From a virus (lineage: Duplodnaviria > Caudoviricetes), in the IMG/VR virus record IMGVR_UViG_3300012943_000009, positions 1 through 51,980 of that record: a stretch of DNA of 51,980 nt; one strand, given 5' to 3'. The position numbers and the translations under genes are program-made. Each line of letters starts with the position of its first letter. Within the stretch, counting starts at the first letter, position 1. The notes beneath the pieces are model-generated. The model was not told the DNA's origin. It saw nothing but the letters and a program-made list of their open reading frames with translations, and ran no database searches. Below are positions 17,687 to 27,262 of the stretch, in pieces.

Positions 17687-17700
17687 GCAAGTTTTTCATC

Positions 17701-18018
17701 TTAGGTGGTGTAGTGAGGAACTTCATGCACTCGCTTCTGTAGACAGTAGCGCGACGCCAATGAAGTCACAGCTTCGTGAAAGATCGTCGGCGTTCCTCGC
17801 TTCCAACCGTTAACGATCACTAATTCGTTCAATGGAGTGGAAAAGTCGATTCCTCGACAGGATTCCTCGGTTGAAACCATTTTGCAGTCCTGCAATTTCT
17901 TTCCGGTCTGTTTGACGTATTCGAGGAACCACTCACTGTTCTTGCACACGACATACGTGCGCACACTCAAACTGCGTAAGGGTTCCGCTGGTGGGGCGGG
18001 TTTAGGGCGGATGCTCAT
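17701..18018 (-). CDS. Hypothetical protein
   Basis: ATG 18018 lies 9 nt downstream of a consensus -10. Confidence 0.65.
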   Translation of the reverse strand: MSIRPKPAPPAEPLRSLSVRTYVVCKNSEWFLEYVKQTGKKLQDCKMVSTEESCRGIDFSTPLNELVIVNGWKRGTPTIFHEAVTSLASRYCLQKRVHEVPHYTT

Positions 18019-18027
18019 TGTCCGAAG

Positions 18028-18056
18028 ATTATACCACATCTCACGCCCTATGTCAA
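18028..18056 (-). promoter_or_regulatory. Consensus sigma70 promoter (leftward of a divergent pair)
   Basis: TTGACA-N17-TATAAT. Confidence 0.8.
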
Positions 18057-18083
18057 GCGCGCGCGCACACGCACGAGACAGAC

Positions 18084-18112
18084 TTGACACAACCCTCACA
18101 AGCAATTACATT
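18084..18112 (+). promoter_or_regulatory. Sigma70-type promoter (rightward of a divergent pair)
   Basis: TTGACA-N17-TACATT. Confidence 0.7.
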
Positions 18113-18205
18113 ATTCCCTCACAACAGTCCCAGCAAGCTCCACCACCAAAACGGATTTTGCAGGGCTGCAAAAACCAAAACCGCAGTCGCATCAAACAAA
18201 CCATC

Positions 18206-18715
18206 ATGAAACAACAGTATCTACTCCTGCTCGGCGCCCTCCTTGCATTGGCTCGCACTCCCAAAGGCGAAGACGAGTCCGAAGACTCCATCGCCACTCA
18301 GAAGGACAACATCCAGCTGATCCGCGACGAGATCGACACCCTACACGGCGACGAAGAGTTCAATGACCCGGAAGTCAAAGACCTCATCGACGATCTGATC
18401 GAAGTCGCCGGCTCCAGCGAGCCCGACACCGAATACGCCGAGTTCCCGGCGGAAGTCGTCACCGGCGAGAAGAAAGGCAAAGGCAAGGGCAAGAAGCCCG
18501 CCCCGGTCGAGCCCGAGCCCGAGGAGGAAGAGGAGGAAGAGGAAGAGGAGCCCGAGGCTGACGAAGAGGAAGCCGAAGCCGAAGCCGAGCCCGAGGAGGA
18601 AGAGGAGGAAGAGGAAGAGGAGGAGCCCGAGCCCGAAGAGACGGTGAAGCAGAAGCGTGCCCGTCTCGCCGCCGAAGCCGCAGCCGCTGCCAAGAAGAAG
18701 AAGAAGCGCCACTAG
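18206..18715 (+). CDS. Highly acidic low-complexity protein with a basic C-terminus
   Basis: ATG 18206 after an A/C-rich leader; poly-Glu tracts; own promoter and terminator. Confidence 0.75.
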   Translation: MKQQYLLLLGALLALARTPKGEDESEDSIATQKDNIQLIRDEIDTLHGDEEFNDPEVKDLIDDLIEVAGSSEPDTEYAEFPAEVVTGEKKGKGKGKKPAPVEPEPEEEEEEEEEEPEADEEEAEAEAEPEEEEEEEEEEEPEPEETVKQKRARLAAEAAAAAKKKKKRH

Positions 18716-18751
18716 GCATCGCGGCTTAAGCTGGCGGCCAGCCACGATTCA

Positions 18752-18789
18752 AACTGCCAGTCTCCGCAAGGAGGCTGGCAGTTCCTTTT
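18752..18789 (+). terminator. Intrinsic terminator
   Basis: AACTGCCAGTCTCC-GCAA-GGAGGCTGGCAGTT followed by CCTTTT, where the T run is the start of a palindrome copy. Confidence 0.75.
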
Positions 18790-18902
18790 GCAGCCCTGCA
18801 AAACTCTGCCACCAGTCACCAGCCACCAGCCACCAGTCGCCACCAGCAGCCAGTCGACGCACAATTGAATCCCATTTGTAACCCGTTTCCTTTCAGAAGG
18901 GC

Positions 18903-18930
18903 TTGACCTAACCCACCTACGTGCTATACT
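18903..18930 (+). promoter_or_regulatory. Sigma70-type promoter, leaderless, for the packaging operon
   Basis: TTGACC-N16-TATACT with an extended TG, 6 nt before ATG 18937. Confidence 0.75.
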
Positions 18931-18936
18931 TGTATT

Positions 18937-19269
18937 ATGTCAGATGACTCGGATATCCCTCGGTTGGGGGACATTGTCTACTTCTACGACGACAACAAGA
19001 ACGCCTTCTCGGCGATTGTTGCGTTTGTGCATGACCGGGTGTCACCGCGGTGTGATCGGCCTTTGGTCAATCTGGCTATCTTCAAACACGATGGGCGGAA
19101 CAGGGCGCAAACGGAAGTCGAGCCTGCCTACGATACGGGCAATGGCTGGCGAGTGGTGGAAAAATGGTCGTGGCCAGACGAGGTTCCCGAGGACGATTAC
19201 AACCCATCCGCACAACCGGGCATGCGCCATCGGCAGGTTGGGATTACTGACCCCATTCAGACGAACTAG
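18937..19269 (+). CDS. Small beta-rich phage hypothetical protein
   Basis: PRLGDIVYF...AIVAFVH...VNLAIF..DG pattern; precedes TerL. Confidence 0.7.
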   Translation: MSDDSDIPRLGDIVYFYDDNKNAFSAIVAFVHDRVSPRCDRPLVNLAIFKHDGRNRAQTEVEPAYDTGNGWRVVEKWSWPDEVPEDDYNPSAQPGMRHRQVGITDPIQTN

Positions 19270-19271
19270 TC

Positions 19272-21317
19272 ATGATGAAGAAACGCAAAAAGCGGGATTT
19301 TGCAGGGCTGCAAAATGAGGATTTCCCTGATCCAGTTGAGCAATCAGAATGGTGGACGCACCCTCCGCGTGATGTGGAGGGAATGTTGCATATACTCAGC
19401 ACTCGTGCTTTCAAACTCCGCTCTGAAGGTCCCGAAGGAAATGCCCTACGTCAACTCTTGGAAATTGTCTCGGAGCAATACGAGGAAACGCAAGCCGAGA
19501 TTCGTCGGCAGTATCCGATTGCATACTTCAAACCGTCTTATGAACAATCGCTTCTACTCAACTGCTGGATTTGGGGTATTGATTTTGTTGTTTGCTTTGC
19601 TGCAAACCGCATCGGCAAAACTACCTGTCTTGGAGTCATCAACCCTTGTCTCTGGATTCTACCCAACAATCCAGAGTGGGAAGTCTTTGCCGCCCGCACT
19701 AAGCCCAACCCTGCGGACGAAGGTCAGACTTTCATTGAGAACGAGCATTCTGATGCTCGATATTACGTCGACCTCTTCGAGCGTCCCGTTCAAGTGCTCC
19801 AGCGTCCTGACATTGAAGCCCTAGACCTACTGCGGTTCACACTCAAACTCCACCCTGAATTGGCGGGCAATCCTGCCAAGTCGCATCTTGATCCTGAGAA
19901 TGCTGAGAAATTTGCAGCCCTGCAAAAACTGTGTCCTGCGGCCTTTTCTCCAGCTTGGCCTGCTCCTGCCATTTCTGATAATGGTTCTGTTTGGCTCGGT
20001 GCTCCCGACAATGAGTTCCATCAGAACGTCATATTACCTGAGTGGAAACGATGGCTACCGCAATCGTGCATTACTAAATGGTCTGATTCGGACCTTGCGT
20101 TCACTATCACGACGGCAGATACGACCAACCCCAAGCCAACGTCGCATCGTGTCATCTGTAAATCCTATGAGTCCGAAGATACTAAGTGGTCGGGGTCGGC
20201 GGTCCGTGGCATCGTTCTCACCGAGGGGCTTCCGCAGGAAATCCTGAACGAAATCAAGCAGCGGTTTAAGGTGAATGGTTTTGGCTCATGGGACTACACA
20301 CCTTATGAAGCACGAAACGTCGGCAACAAGACTGCACTTGCTTACAAGGTCTTCAAAGGTGAAGAGCAACTACCCTTGCGAGCACACATCTTTACGAGAT
20401 TCTCTGCTCGTAAAGCACCGGCTCACATCATTCCTCCAAGCAAGCTTGCGGACTTGGTTCGCATGTGGGAGGGCAAGAAGGAGGGCGAGGCACGCCTTGA
20501 TGGTATCTTCTACTCTTCCAGTCCTCTTGTGCTCAGTCGGCTTGATCGAACATTCCACACTGTTCCTTGGTCTGTGGACGAACTCTTTGAGCGCTACCCC
20601 GACGGCCAAGTCTATCGTGGTCTTGATCCCGGCTATGACCACCCGTCTGTATGCTGCTGGGGTATGCTCGTGCCCGGTAACATTTGGTTCATTTACCGAT
20701 ATTATTCGGAGCGCGGGAAAACTATCAGCGAGCGGTGTAAGGATATTGTTCGCCTCTCGGGCAATGAATTGAAAAAGGACAAGTATGGACCGGGCAAAGG
20801 GGACTATCATTTGAGGGAGATTCACCCGCACGAAATCAGCGAAGCTGCGATGCTCACAGCCGCGGACTTCCATCTATTCAAGACAGACGAGACGACAGGA
20901 GTGAATTACTCTCTGAACTATCAGAAGTCAGGATTGGTTCTCACTGAGAGCACGCACATGGCACCGGAGGACCGTGCTCTCGATCTGGACGACAAGCTCG
21001 ACAAGTCTATGTATCACACTCACCCCGTATCGCGCACCACTCCCGGCTGTCGCGTGTTCTTTGTTCTCAACGGATTGGGAGTTGATGCCGCTCTTGGAAA
21101 GATGGAGTCTCTCTTTTGGGATCGTCTCGCATCGGGACCAAACAAAGGTGAGGCGAAGGACAAGGTTCCGAGTCACGGCGACGACGAACTCGATGCCACA
21201 TGCTATCTGGCCTGCGGCCCATACGTCTGGACGAACGTTCCTGCTATGCGCTTTGACGCATGGGTGGACGAAGAAGATTTGGAGAACTTAGAAACTAGCC
21301 AACTGAAAGCTGCTTAA
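19272..21317 (+). CDS. terL: Terminase large subunit
   Basis: FAANRIGKTT Walker A, YRGLDPGYDHPS RNase H-like nuclease motif, DELDATCY; precedes the portal gene. Confidence 0.88.
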   Translation: MMKKRKKRDFAGLQNEDFPDPVEQSEWWTHPPRDVEGMLHILSTRAFKLRSEGPEGNALRQLLEIVSEQYEETQAEIRRQYPIAYFKPSYEQSLLLNCWIWGIDFVVCFAANRIGKTTCLGVINPCLWILPNNPEWEVFAARTKPNPADEGQTFIENEHSDARYYVDLFERPVQVLQRPDIEALDLLRFTLKLHPELAGNPAKSHLDPENAEKFAALQKLCPAAFSPAWPAPAISDNGSVWLGAPDNEFHQNVILPEWKRWLPQSCITKWSDSDLAFTITTADTTNPKPTSHRVICKSYESEDTKWSGSAVRGIVLTEGLPQEILNEIKQRFKVNGFGSWDYTPYEARNVGNKTALAYKVFKGEEQLPLRAHIFTRFSARKAPAHIIPPSKLADLVRMWEGKKEGEARLDGIFYSSSPLVLSRLDRTFHTVPWSVDELFERYPDGQVYRGLDPGYDHPSVCCWGMLVPGNIWFIYRYYSERGKTISERCKDIVRLSGNELKKDKYGPGKGDYHLREIHPHEISEAAMLTAADFHLFKTDETTGVNYSLNYQKSGLVLTESTHMAPEDRALDLDDKLDKSMYHTHPVSRTTPGCRVFFVLNGLGVDAALGKMESLFWDRLASGPNKGEAKDKVPSHGDDELDATCYLACGPYVWTNVPAMRFDAWVDEEDLENLETSQLKAA

Positions 21318-21345
21318 GCAGGTTTTGCAGCCCTGCAAAAACATT

Positions 21346-23664
21346 ATGCCCCAACAATATATTCCTGAAATGCCACCGGAGATGATGAGCCGGTATGCCA
21401 ACGGAACTCCGGCTCAACTGCCGCAGCGGTTCCCTACAAACCTCGCGGCTAGCCTCACACCTGAGACTGCCAAGAAAATGTTGATGTGGCTCAATACCAA
21501 ATACGTTTGGCCGCAGGCACAGGAACGGCGCGCATTCGAGGCAATGTGGGACAAGATGCTGGAAATGGCCCGCATCACACTCCCTTACGATGCGATGTTC
21601 GACAATACTCGGCACGATGCCAGTCGGATCAAGAACGAGGCGGATCAGGCGAATAAGTCACAGGCGCGTGTGAGCGACTCCGTGGTGCATGATGCGATTC
21701 AGCGTCTGACCGATATCACTTACTTCATCGCGTTCAAGGAGGGTCTGCCCTGTCAGTTCGCCATTCCGGACTACATCAAGCAGCCGCTCGCCACGAAGGA
21801 GTATCGTCCGCTGGCAGATCGCATCTCTGCCGGGAACAGCCTGCTGCAATGGAACAGCGGCAATATGAACGTGAAGCGTAACTCGCTGATCACGTATCGC
21901 CATCATTACACCTACGGCTGTGCGTTTGTCATGTCGGACTACAAGTTCCGTCTTGAAATGATCAACCGGCAGGATAACACAGGTAACATCGTGCCTCGTC
22001 CAGAGATTACTGAAATCGGCACGACATTTGAACCCATTTCCCTTCGGAAACTGTGGTTCAACTGGCGCCTGCCTGTCTACGATATGGACAGTCAGCCTTG
22101 TCCGTTCTTCTTCGACGAGACTCCACGTTTTGCAGTCCTGCAAAATCAGTATGACCCGGTCAATAACCCGTTCGGCTATCTGAATCTCGACAAGCTGCTG
22201 GCGGGGCAATTCATTTATTCTGAGCCGGAAACCGAAGCGGTGCGCAATGCGTTGAAGATCACCTTCAACAGCATGGGGATCAACGATATCAATGCATCGA
22301 CGCTGGCGCAGATTCTCCAACCGGAATACTCGGTCGAGGCCAAGTGGACGCTGTTTCCGATCATGCCTTTCGATCCTGCTTCGGGCATGTTCGAGTTCTT
22401 CGACGAGCAAAAGACGCAGCCCATTCCTCCGCGTCGCTTCGTGATGGAAACCTTCGGCCCAAACATTCACTCCGGCAGCCAAGTCATTCTCCGCTTACAG
22501 GAGAACTACTACCCAAAACGCCGCCTGCCGATCTATGCCTCTTCGCATATGCCCGACCTCGATTCGGGCGCATATGCCCCGAGCATCGGGCAGATTCTCT
22601 ACAACCATTTCAAGGAACTCTGCATCTGCATGGAGCAGTTCCTCGAAAACAAGGATTTGATCAACGACACTCCTGCATGGGTGCAAGCATCGTCTCCGTC
22701 CCGTAACAGCAACCTCAACGCCAAGGGAGCGAAGATCATCGTCAATGGTCCCAACGACTTTGGTTACAAGTCTCAAGTCGATGGCACGAACTCTACGGTG
22801 CAGATGGTGCAGATGCTACGTGATCAGGCACAGACTACCAGTAAAGCTGTCGATGCCATTCTCGGCAAAGCGATGGGCTCGAGAACCAGCGCGTCGGAAG
22901 CGAACAACGCGTTCCAAGCCAGCATGTCCAGCATCACCACCGATATCGACATGGTGTCCTCGGATATCCACGGCAACTATGCGCATCGCGTGTGGGACTA
23001 CTCGGGCATGTGGATGGACCCTGATCTACTTCGGCATATTACTGGACAGTTTGGCTTTGCCATCCAGCCGGAAGATATGTGGATCAATGTCGGTGTCGTG
23101 ACCAATGTCGGATCGACGTATGTCGAGAAGATCGTGAAGCAGCAGAACGTCCGCTATGTGCTCGAGAGCAGCCGCATGGAACCGGGACTTGATCGCGCCG
23201 CACTCTGGAAAATGCTACTCGACGACATGGGCTTCGACGGGGGTGACATCGTGGACGATGGTGGACGTGAGCAGCAGATTCAGTTCTCCACTGATCAGGC
23301 AATTCAGACTTATCTCGGCTATCCTGTCATGGTTGATCCCGATCAAGATCATCAGCTGGCAATGCGGATCAAGACCGCCTTCATTAAGGACCGCAACAGT
23401 ATCTGGAACACTACGCCAGATTTCGCGGCCAATGCCCCGCTGCTCATCGAGCAGATCAAGCAGCACCAGTTCATCTTCCAGTTGCAGCAACAGATGATGC
23501 TCGTGCAACAGCAAATGCAGGTCGCACAAGCTCAACTGAAGATTCACCAAGAGAACCCGCCACTTCCTCCGAAGGAAGGAGAAGGAGGAGGCGCAGGACG
23601 AAACGCCGGTCCTCCCGCTCAGTCTTCCGGTCAAGTGGCACAACAAGGAGGAGCGGCTGCATGA
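21346..23664 (+). CDS. Portal protein (podovirus-like)
   Basis: About 770 aa after TerL; RTSASEA motif and Gln-rich C-terminal barrel; ATG 21346 chosen over the TTG inside the palindrome. Confidence 0.8.
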   Translation: MPQQYIPEMPPEMMSRYANGTPAQLPQRFPTNLAASLTPETAKKMLMWLNTKYVWPQAQERRAFEAMWDKMLEMARITLPYDAMFDNTRHDASRIKNEADQANKSQARVSDSVVHDAIQRLTDITYFIAFKEGLPCQFAIPDYIKQPLATKEYRPLADRISAGNSLLQWNSGNMNVKRNSLITYRHHYTYGCAFVMSDYKFRLEMINRQDNTGNIVPRPEITEIGTTFEPISLRKLWFNWRLPVYDMDSQPCPFFFDETPRFAVLQNQYDPVNNPFGYLNLDKLLAGQFIYSEPETEAVRNALKITFNSMGINDINASTLAQILQPEYSVEAKWTLFPIMPFDPASGMFEFFDEQKTQPIPPRRFVMETFGPNIHSGSQVILRLQENYYPKRRLPIYASSHMPDLDSGAYAPSIGQILYNHFKELCICMEQFLENKDLINDTPAWVQASSPSRNSNLNAKGAKIIVNGPNDFGYKSQVDGTNSTVQMVQMLRDQAQTTSKAVDAILGKAMGSRTSASEANNAFQASMSSITTDIDMVSSDIHGNYAHRVWDYSGMWMDPDLLRHITGQFGFAIQPEDMWINVGVVTNVGSTYVEKIVKQQNVRYVLESSRMEPGLDRAALWKMLLDDMGFDGGDIVDDGGREQQIQFSTDQAIQTYLGYPVMVDPDQDHQLAMRIKTAFIKDRNSIWNTTPDFAANAPLLIEQIKQHQFIFQLQQQMMLVQQQMQVAQAQLKIHQENPPLPPKEGEGGGAGRNAGPPAQSSGQVAQQGGAAA

Positions 23665-23682
23665 TTTTGCAGCCCTGCAAAA

Positions 23683-23778
23683 ATGAAACTACCCGATACA
23701 ACAGTTCTGCTGATTGCTACCGTTTCCGCGGCTGCCATCGTAATGCTGCTTCTGTGGGTCTTACACTTCTTTAAATGA
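23683..23778 (+). CDS. 31-aa single-pass membrane peptide
   Basis: MKLPDTTVLLIATVSAAAIVMLLLWVLHFFK; ATGA overlap with the next gene. Confidence 0.6.
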   Translation: MKLPDTTVLLIATVSAAAIVMLLLWVLHFFK

Positions 23779-23990
23779 ATACTAACGAATTCCATATTCC
23801 CGGCGAAATGCTGGAAGCCCTTAAGACGCGTCCTCAAGCTGAGTGGGTTCGCTTCTTCGAGGGACTTGTCGCCGAGAAGCTCAAGCAGATTACCGGCTGC
23901 ACTACTACAGAACAGCTTCTGCAAGTGCAGGCGGGAGCCAAAGAACTTCAAACCTTGCAGCAATTTTTCCTCGCTGAAATGCAGCGATAA
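23775..23990 (+). CDS. Small post-portal helical protein
   Basis: Typical short gene between portal and scaffold. Confidence 0.65.
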   Translation: MNTNEFHIPGEMLEALKTRPQAEWVRFFEGLVAEKLKQITGCTTTEQLLQVQAGAKELQTLQQFFLAEMQR

Positions 23991-24076
23991 CCATTTTGCA
24001 GCCCTGCAAAAAGCCAATCGGGGTGGGGTTCACCCGGTCGGTTCATAATACTAACCCCTTGACATAACACGCCCAT

Positions 24077-25033
24077 ATGATAAGATATAGTAAGTATTCG
24101 AGAATCTTTCTCGCTCCTCCCGACGACCGGGGTGGCGCTGGTAACCCAGCTGCTGCTCAAGGTGGTGCGGTCGAGGACGGAAACGGTTCCTCGTTCAAAG
24201 ACCCGACAGCGGGTATCGACCTTGATGATCTTCCGCCTGATGTGCGGGGCATCATTGAGGAAAGCCGGAAAGGTTTTGCAGCCCTGCAAAAACAGGCTGC
24301 CGATGCAGAAGCTGCTCGGATACTCGAAGAGAATCGCCGGAAGGACTTCCAGTCCAACTACGACAAACTCCGGGTGCAAGTGGAGTCCCTCACCAATGCA
24401 GGCGACGTCAAGAAAGACGACCCTGCTGCTGAGCAACTCAAGAAGTTCACTCAAATCCTCGTCAAGCGTGGTGTCGCTGCGCCGCAAGCTGCGGTTCAAG
24501 CTGAAGTCATGGTCGAAATGATGGGAGACTTTGGGGCTGAACTGAAGAAGCAAATCGGTTCTGATTTGCGGCCCTTCGCTGCTACGGTTGTTTCCCGAGA
24601 GGCGGAATCATCGTGGCACCAAGCAGTCCACTCCGACCGCGTTGGAGTCCTGCAAAACCCTGAACTCGCTCAGGAAGTCTGGGCACAGGTTCAGGATATG
24701 GCCTTGAATGGCCAGCAAGTAACTCCGCAGATCGTAACAAATCTCGCTGGTATGGCTTACATGAACCACCTGCAAAAGGGCGGTCAGCCTATCAACGGCA
24801 ACCAAACTCAGACCGTGCCACAACAACAGCAGCAGCTTCCGAATGTCAGCCGCCTCACCTACCCGGGTGCGGGCGCATCTGCCGTTCGGCCTCCATCATT
24901 CGATCCGAGCGCAGCCCGTTCGATCCTCGATCCTGATACGGATGCAGCCCTGCAAAGTGTGATGAAAACGTGGTCTAAAGGACAAGGTGGCGTGAAAGCG
25001 CCGGGTCTGCGTGATACGAAAGGAGGGCGCTAG
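24077..25033 (+). CDS. Capsid scaffolding protein (probable)
   Basis: IFLAPPDDRGGAG N-terminus, coiled coil, position upstream of the capsid genes. Confidence 0.65.
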   Translation: MIRYSKYSRIFLAPPDDRGGAGNPAAAQGGAVEDGNGSSFKDPTAGIDLDDLPPDVRGIIEESRKGFAALQKQAADAEAARILEENRRKDFQSNYDKLRVQVESLTNAGDVKKDDPAAEQLKKFTQILVKRGVAAPQAAVQAEVMVEMMGDFGAELKKQIGSDLRPFAATVVSREAESSWHQAVHSDRVGVLQNPELAQEVWAQVQDMALNGQQVTPQIVTNLAGMAYMNHLQKGGQPINGNQTQTVPQQQQQLPNVSRLTYPGAGASAVRPPSFDPSAARSILDPDTDAALQSVMKTWSKGQGGVKAPGLRDTKGGR

Positions 25034-25035
25034 TC

Positions 25036-25563
25036 ATGGGTATTCAAGTCCTCAAAACTCCAGCCGGTTCCGGCGGCGAAACGCCCGGACCGCTCAATCT
25101 CCCGGTTGCCTTCGACCGGAAGAAACACGCGGCGAAGTGGGTCAAAGAAGGACCTGCGGTTGCGGCCGCAGCAGAGCGTGAATGGATTCCGTCCACGCAA
25201 ATGACCGCCGATGGCTGGGAAGTCTGGCGGGATTCACAAACGAACAAACCGCACAAGGTTGCTCTTCAGAGCGGCGTGCATGTCCTTCTTCACCGCCCTC
25301 GCGTGGTGCAGGATGCCGTGAATGCCATCTGCGGCAACATTGGCAAGGAACGTCTTTCCAACGAGAGGAAGGGCGAAACCGTGGCAGGAGCGGCTCCAAA
25401 TGATCCGGGCATGTTGAGCGATGATAAGCTCAATAAAGTCATGGGCATTGAGGAAGCGGAAGAAGGGGACGTAGAACCTAATCTCGTGCCGGGTGATTCC
25501 GACGGACAGCGTGTTTCCAAGTCCACGCTGCAAACCGCTGGCTCCCGTCGAACTCGCCGATAA
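25036..25563 (+). CDS. Head-region hypothetical protein
   Basis: Synteny between scaffold and capsid. Confidence 0.65.
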   Translation: MGIQVLKTPAGSGGETPGPLNLPVAFDRKKHAAKWVKEGPAVAAAAEREWIPSTQMTADGWEVWRDSQTNKPHKVALQSGVHVLLHRPRVVQDAVNAICGNIGKERLSNERKGETVAGAAPNDPGMLSDDKLNKVMGIEEAEEGDVEPNLVPGDSDGQRVSKSTLQTAGSRRTRR

Positions 25564-25604
25564 CGACTTGCAGCCCTGCAAAAACCAAAAACCAAACTAA
25601 CATC

Positions 25605-26165
25605 ATGGCTCGTCAAATTCCATTGCTCGCCGTCGATCTGGTCCGCCAGTTCGGCAACATGAATGTGCAAAAACCACCAGTGCCTGACGCTGGTAACACG
25701 TTCATCAAAGGTGCCCTCGTCTACATTGTAGCGGGCGCTCTCGCCGCGATTCCGTCCGACGGTGTTCTGTGCTACGGCCAGACGCCCGACAAGTCGCACA
25801 CCGCAACTGAACTTCCGCCGGACATCCTCCCGCGGCCGGTCGGGGAAGGTGAACTCCACTACCCATTCTCGCCGCTCGACGCCGAGTTTGAAATCAACCT
25901 CGCGGTCGTTACCGCTGGCGCGCCTGTCATTGGCGCTACGGCGCAGACGCTTGCTGCGGTTGTGGTGGGTGGGCAATACGGCATCACCATTGCCACCACC
26001 GGGCAATACGCGGGACTCCAGTTCCTCGACCCAACCGAAGTCACAGCCTTGCTGTTTCAGGTCGTGGCGATCGACGTCAAAGCGCCGGACGGCCAGACTC
26101 AGGCGTCCGACGACTACAATCCGCGGGTGCGGGTCAAGATCATCCCTAGCAAAATCCAGAACTAA
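25605..26165 (+). CDS. Capsid decoration/cement protein (probable)
   Basis: Beta-rich, FIKGALVY motif, immediately before the major capsid gene. Confidence 0.55.
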   Translation: MARQIPLLAVDLVRQFGNMNVQKPPVPDAGNTFIKGALVYIVAGALAAIPSDGVLCYGQTPDKSHTATELPPDILPRPVGEGELHYPFSPLDAEFEINLAVVTAGAPVIGATAQTLAAVVVGGQYGITIATTGQYAGLQFLDPTEVTALLFQVVAIDVKAPDGQTQASDDYNPRVRVKIIPSKIQN

Positions 26166-26215
26166 CTACTGGTTTTGCAGGCCTGCAAATTCTAACTCAG
26201 TAACTACCAAATATT

Positions 26216-27166
26216 ATGGGAGCAGTTGTTGTTGAATCCTTCGTGGAGCACTTCGATCGCAATTTCAACGCGATCAAAGATGAAATGTATTCGGAACTCC
26301 CCAAAGAGTATCCGATGTTTCTCACTGTCGATGAAACGCAAAAAGCGTTCATTAAGTCCACCTACATGGGTGGTCTCGGTATGCCCGAGCGCAATCGTGA
26401 TCTGGAGCCGATCCCGTTCCGGACTCCGCCGAAAGGCCCGATCGCTACGTTCGTTCCGGTCGGATACCGTTCCGGCTATCAGATCGAACGCCAGATGATC
26501 GAGCAGGAGGAGTGGGGACTCCTCGCGAACCGTCCTCGCACGATGCTCTACGGAGCGAACGTGCTCATGGACATTGCCGCGGCGAACCTGTTCAACAACG
26601 GGTTCACGGTCCAGAACTACGACCAAGGCTACGATCAGGGCGGCACCGCTCTGCCGTTGTTCTCCGGGGTCAACACGTTGGAGAACCTCTCCGGCACGTG
26701 GTCGAACGTCATCGCGCAGAACCTGCCGATCACGGTCGAGACGGTCTTCTACGTGATCACCGCGTTGCTCTACAACATGGTGGACTCGCGCGGCCTGCCG
26801 ATCAGCTACACAGGTGCGTTCCGCATCTATGTGCCGACGATCAGCCCGACGCTCTGGCAGCAGGGCATCGAGGTCGTCAACAGCGTGATGAACCCCGGCA
26901 CGACGGATAACAAGATCAACGCCGTGATGAAGCAGTTCCGGCTCGAGGTCGTGCCGCTCCGTCATCTCACGAACCCGGATCACTGGTTCATTACGTGGGA
27001 GCCATCATCGCCGAACTACGGCCTCAAGATGGTGGTCAACGTCTATCCGGACATCACGCCGCTCACGCCATTCGGCGGCAATCCGGACGCGTGGTTCAGC
27101 CGCTTGCGTATGCGGTTCACTGTCGGCTACGACAACAAGCGCGGCGTGGCCGCGGTCGGAGCCTAG
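26216..27166 (+). CDS. Major capsid protein (HK97 fold, Mu gpT-like)
   Basis: 316 aa with strong codon bias; AANLFNNGF...GGTALPLFS...L.NPDHWF...RMRFTVGY pattern. Confidence 0.8.
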   Translation: MGAVVVESFVEHFDRNFNAIKDEMYSELPKEYPMFLTVDETQKAFIKSTYMGGLGMPERNRDLEPIPFRTPPKGPIATFVPVGYRSGYQIERQMIEQEEWGLLANRPRTMLYGANVLMDIAAANLFNNGFTVQNYDQGYDQGGTALPLFSGVNTLENLSGTWSNVIAQNLPITVETVFYVITALLYNMVDSRGLPISYTGAFRIYVPTISPTLWQQGIEVVNSVMNPGTTDNKINAVMKQFRLEVVPLRHLTNPDHWFITWEPSSPNYGLKMVVNVYPDITPLTPFGGNPDAWFSRLRMRFTVGYDNKRGVAAVGA

Positions 27167-27172
27167 TCGCTT

Positions 27173-27228
27173 GGGAGGGAGTCCGCGGGTCGCCATGTTG
27201 CCATAGCATGGCGATCCGCCTCTTTCCT
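27173..27228 (+). terminator. Long hairpin after the capsid gene (terminator, processing or stability element)
   Basis: GCGGGTCGCCATGTT...AGCATGGCGATCCGC, extended by GGGAGGGA/TCTTTCCT. Confidence 0.6.
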
Positions 27229-27262
27229 GATTTGCAGCCCTGCAAAAACCAAAGAACCAATC

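Noticed and set aside
21325-21345. ORF-track starts reading MQPCK or MQGCK
   Set aside because: These are TTG codons inside the palindrome; in-frame ATGs just downstream are more plausible, and many such ORFs are shadows.
24059-24086. TTGACA-N16-TAAGAT promoter before the scaffold gene
   Set aside because: The -10 box would lie inside the likely start of the ORF (ATG 24077); ambiguous, so not called.
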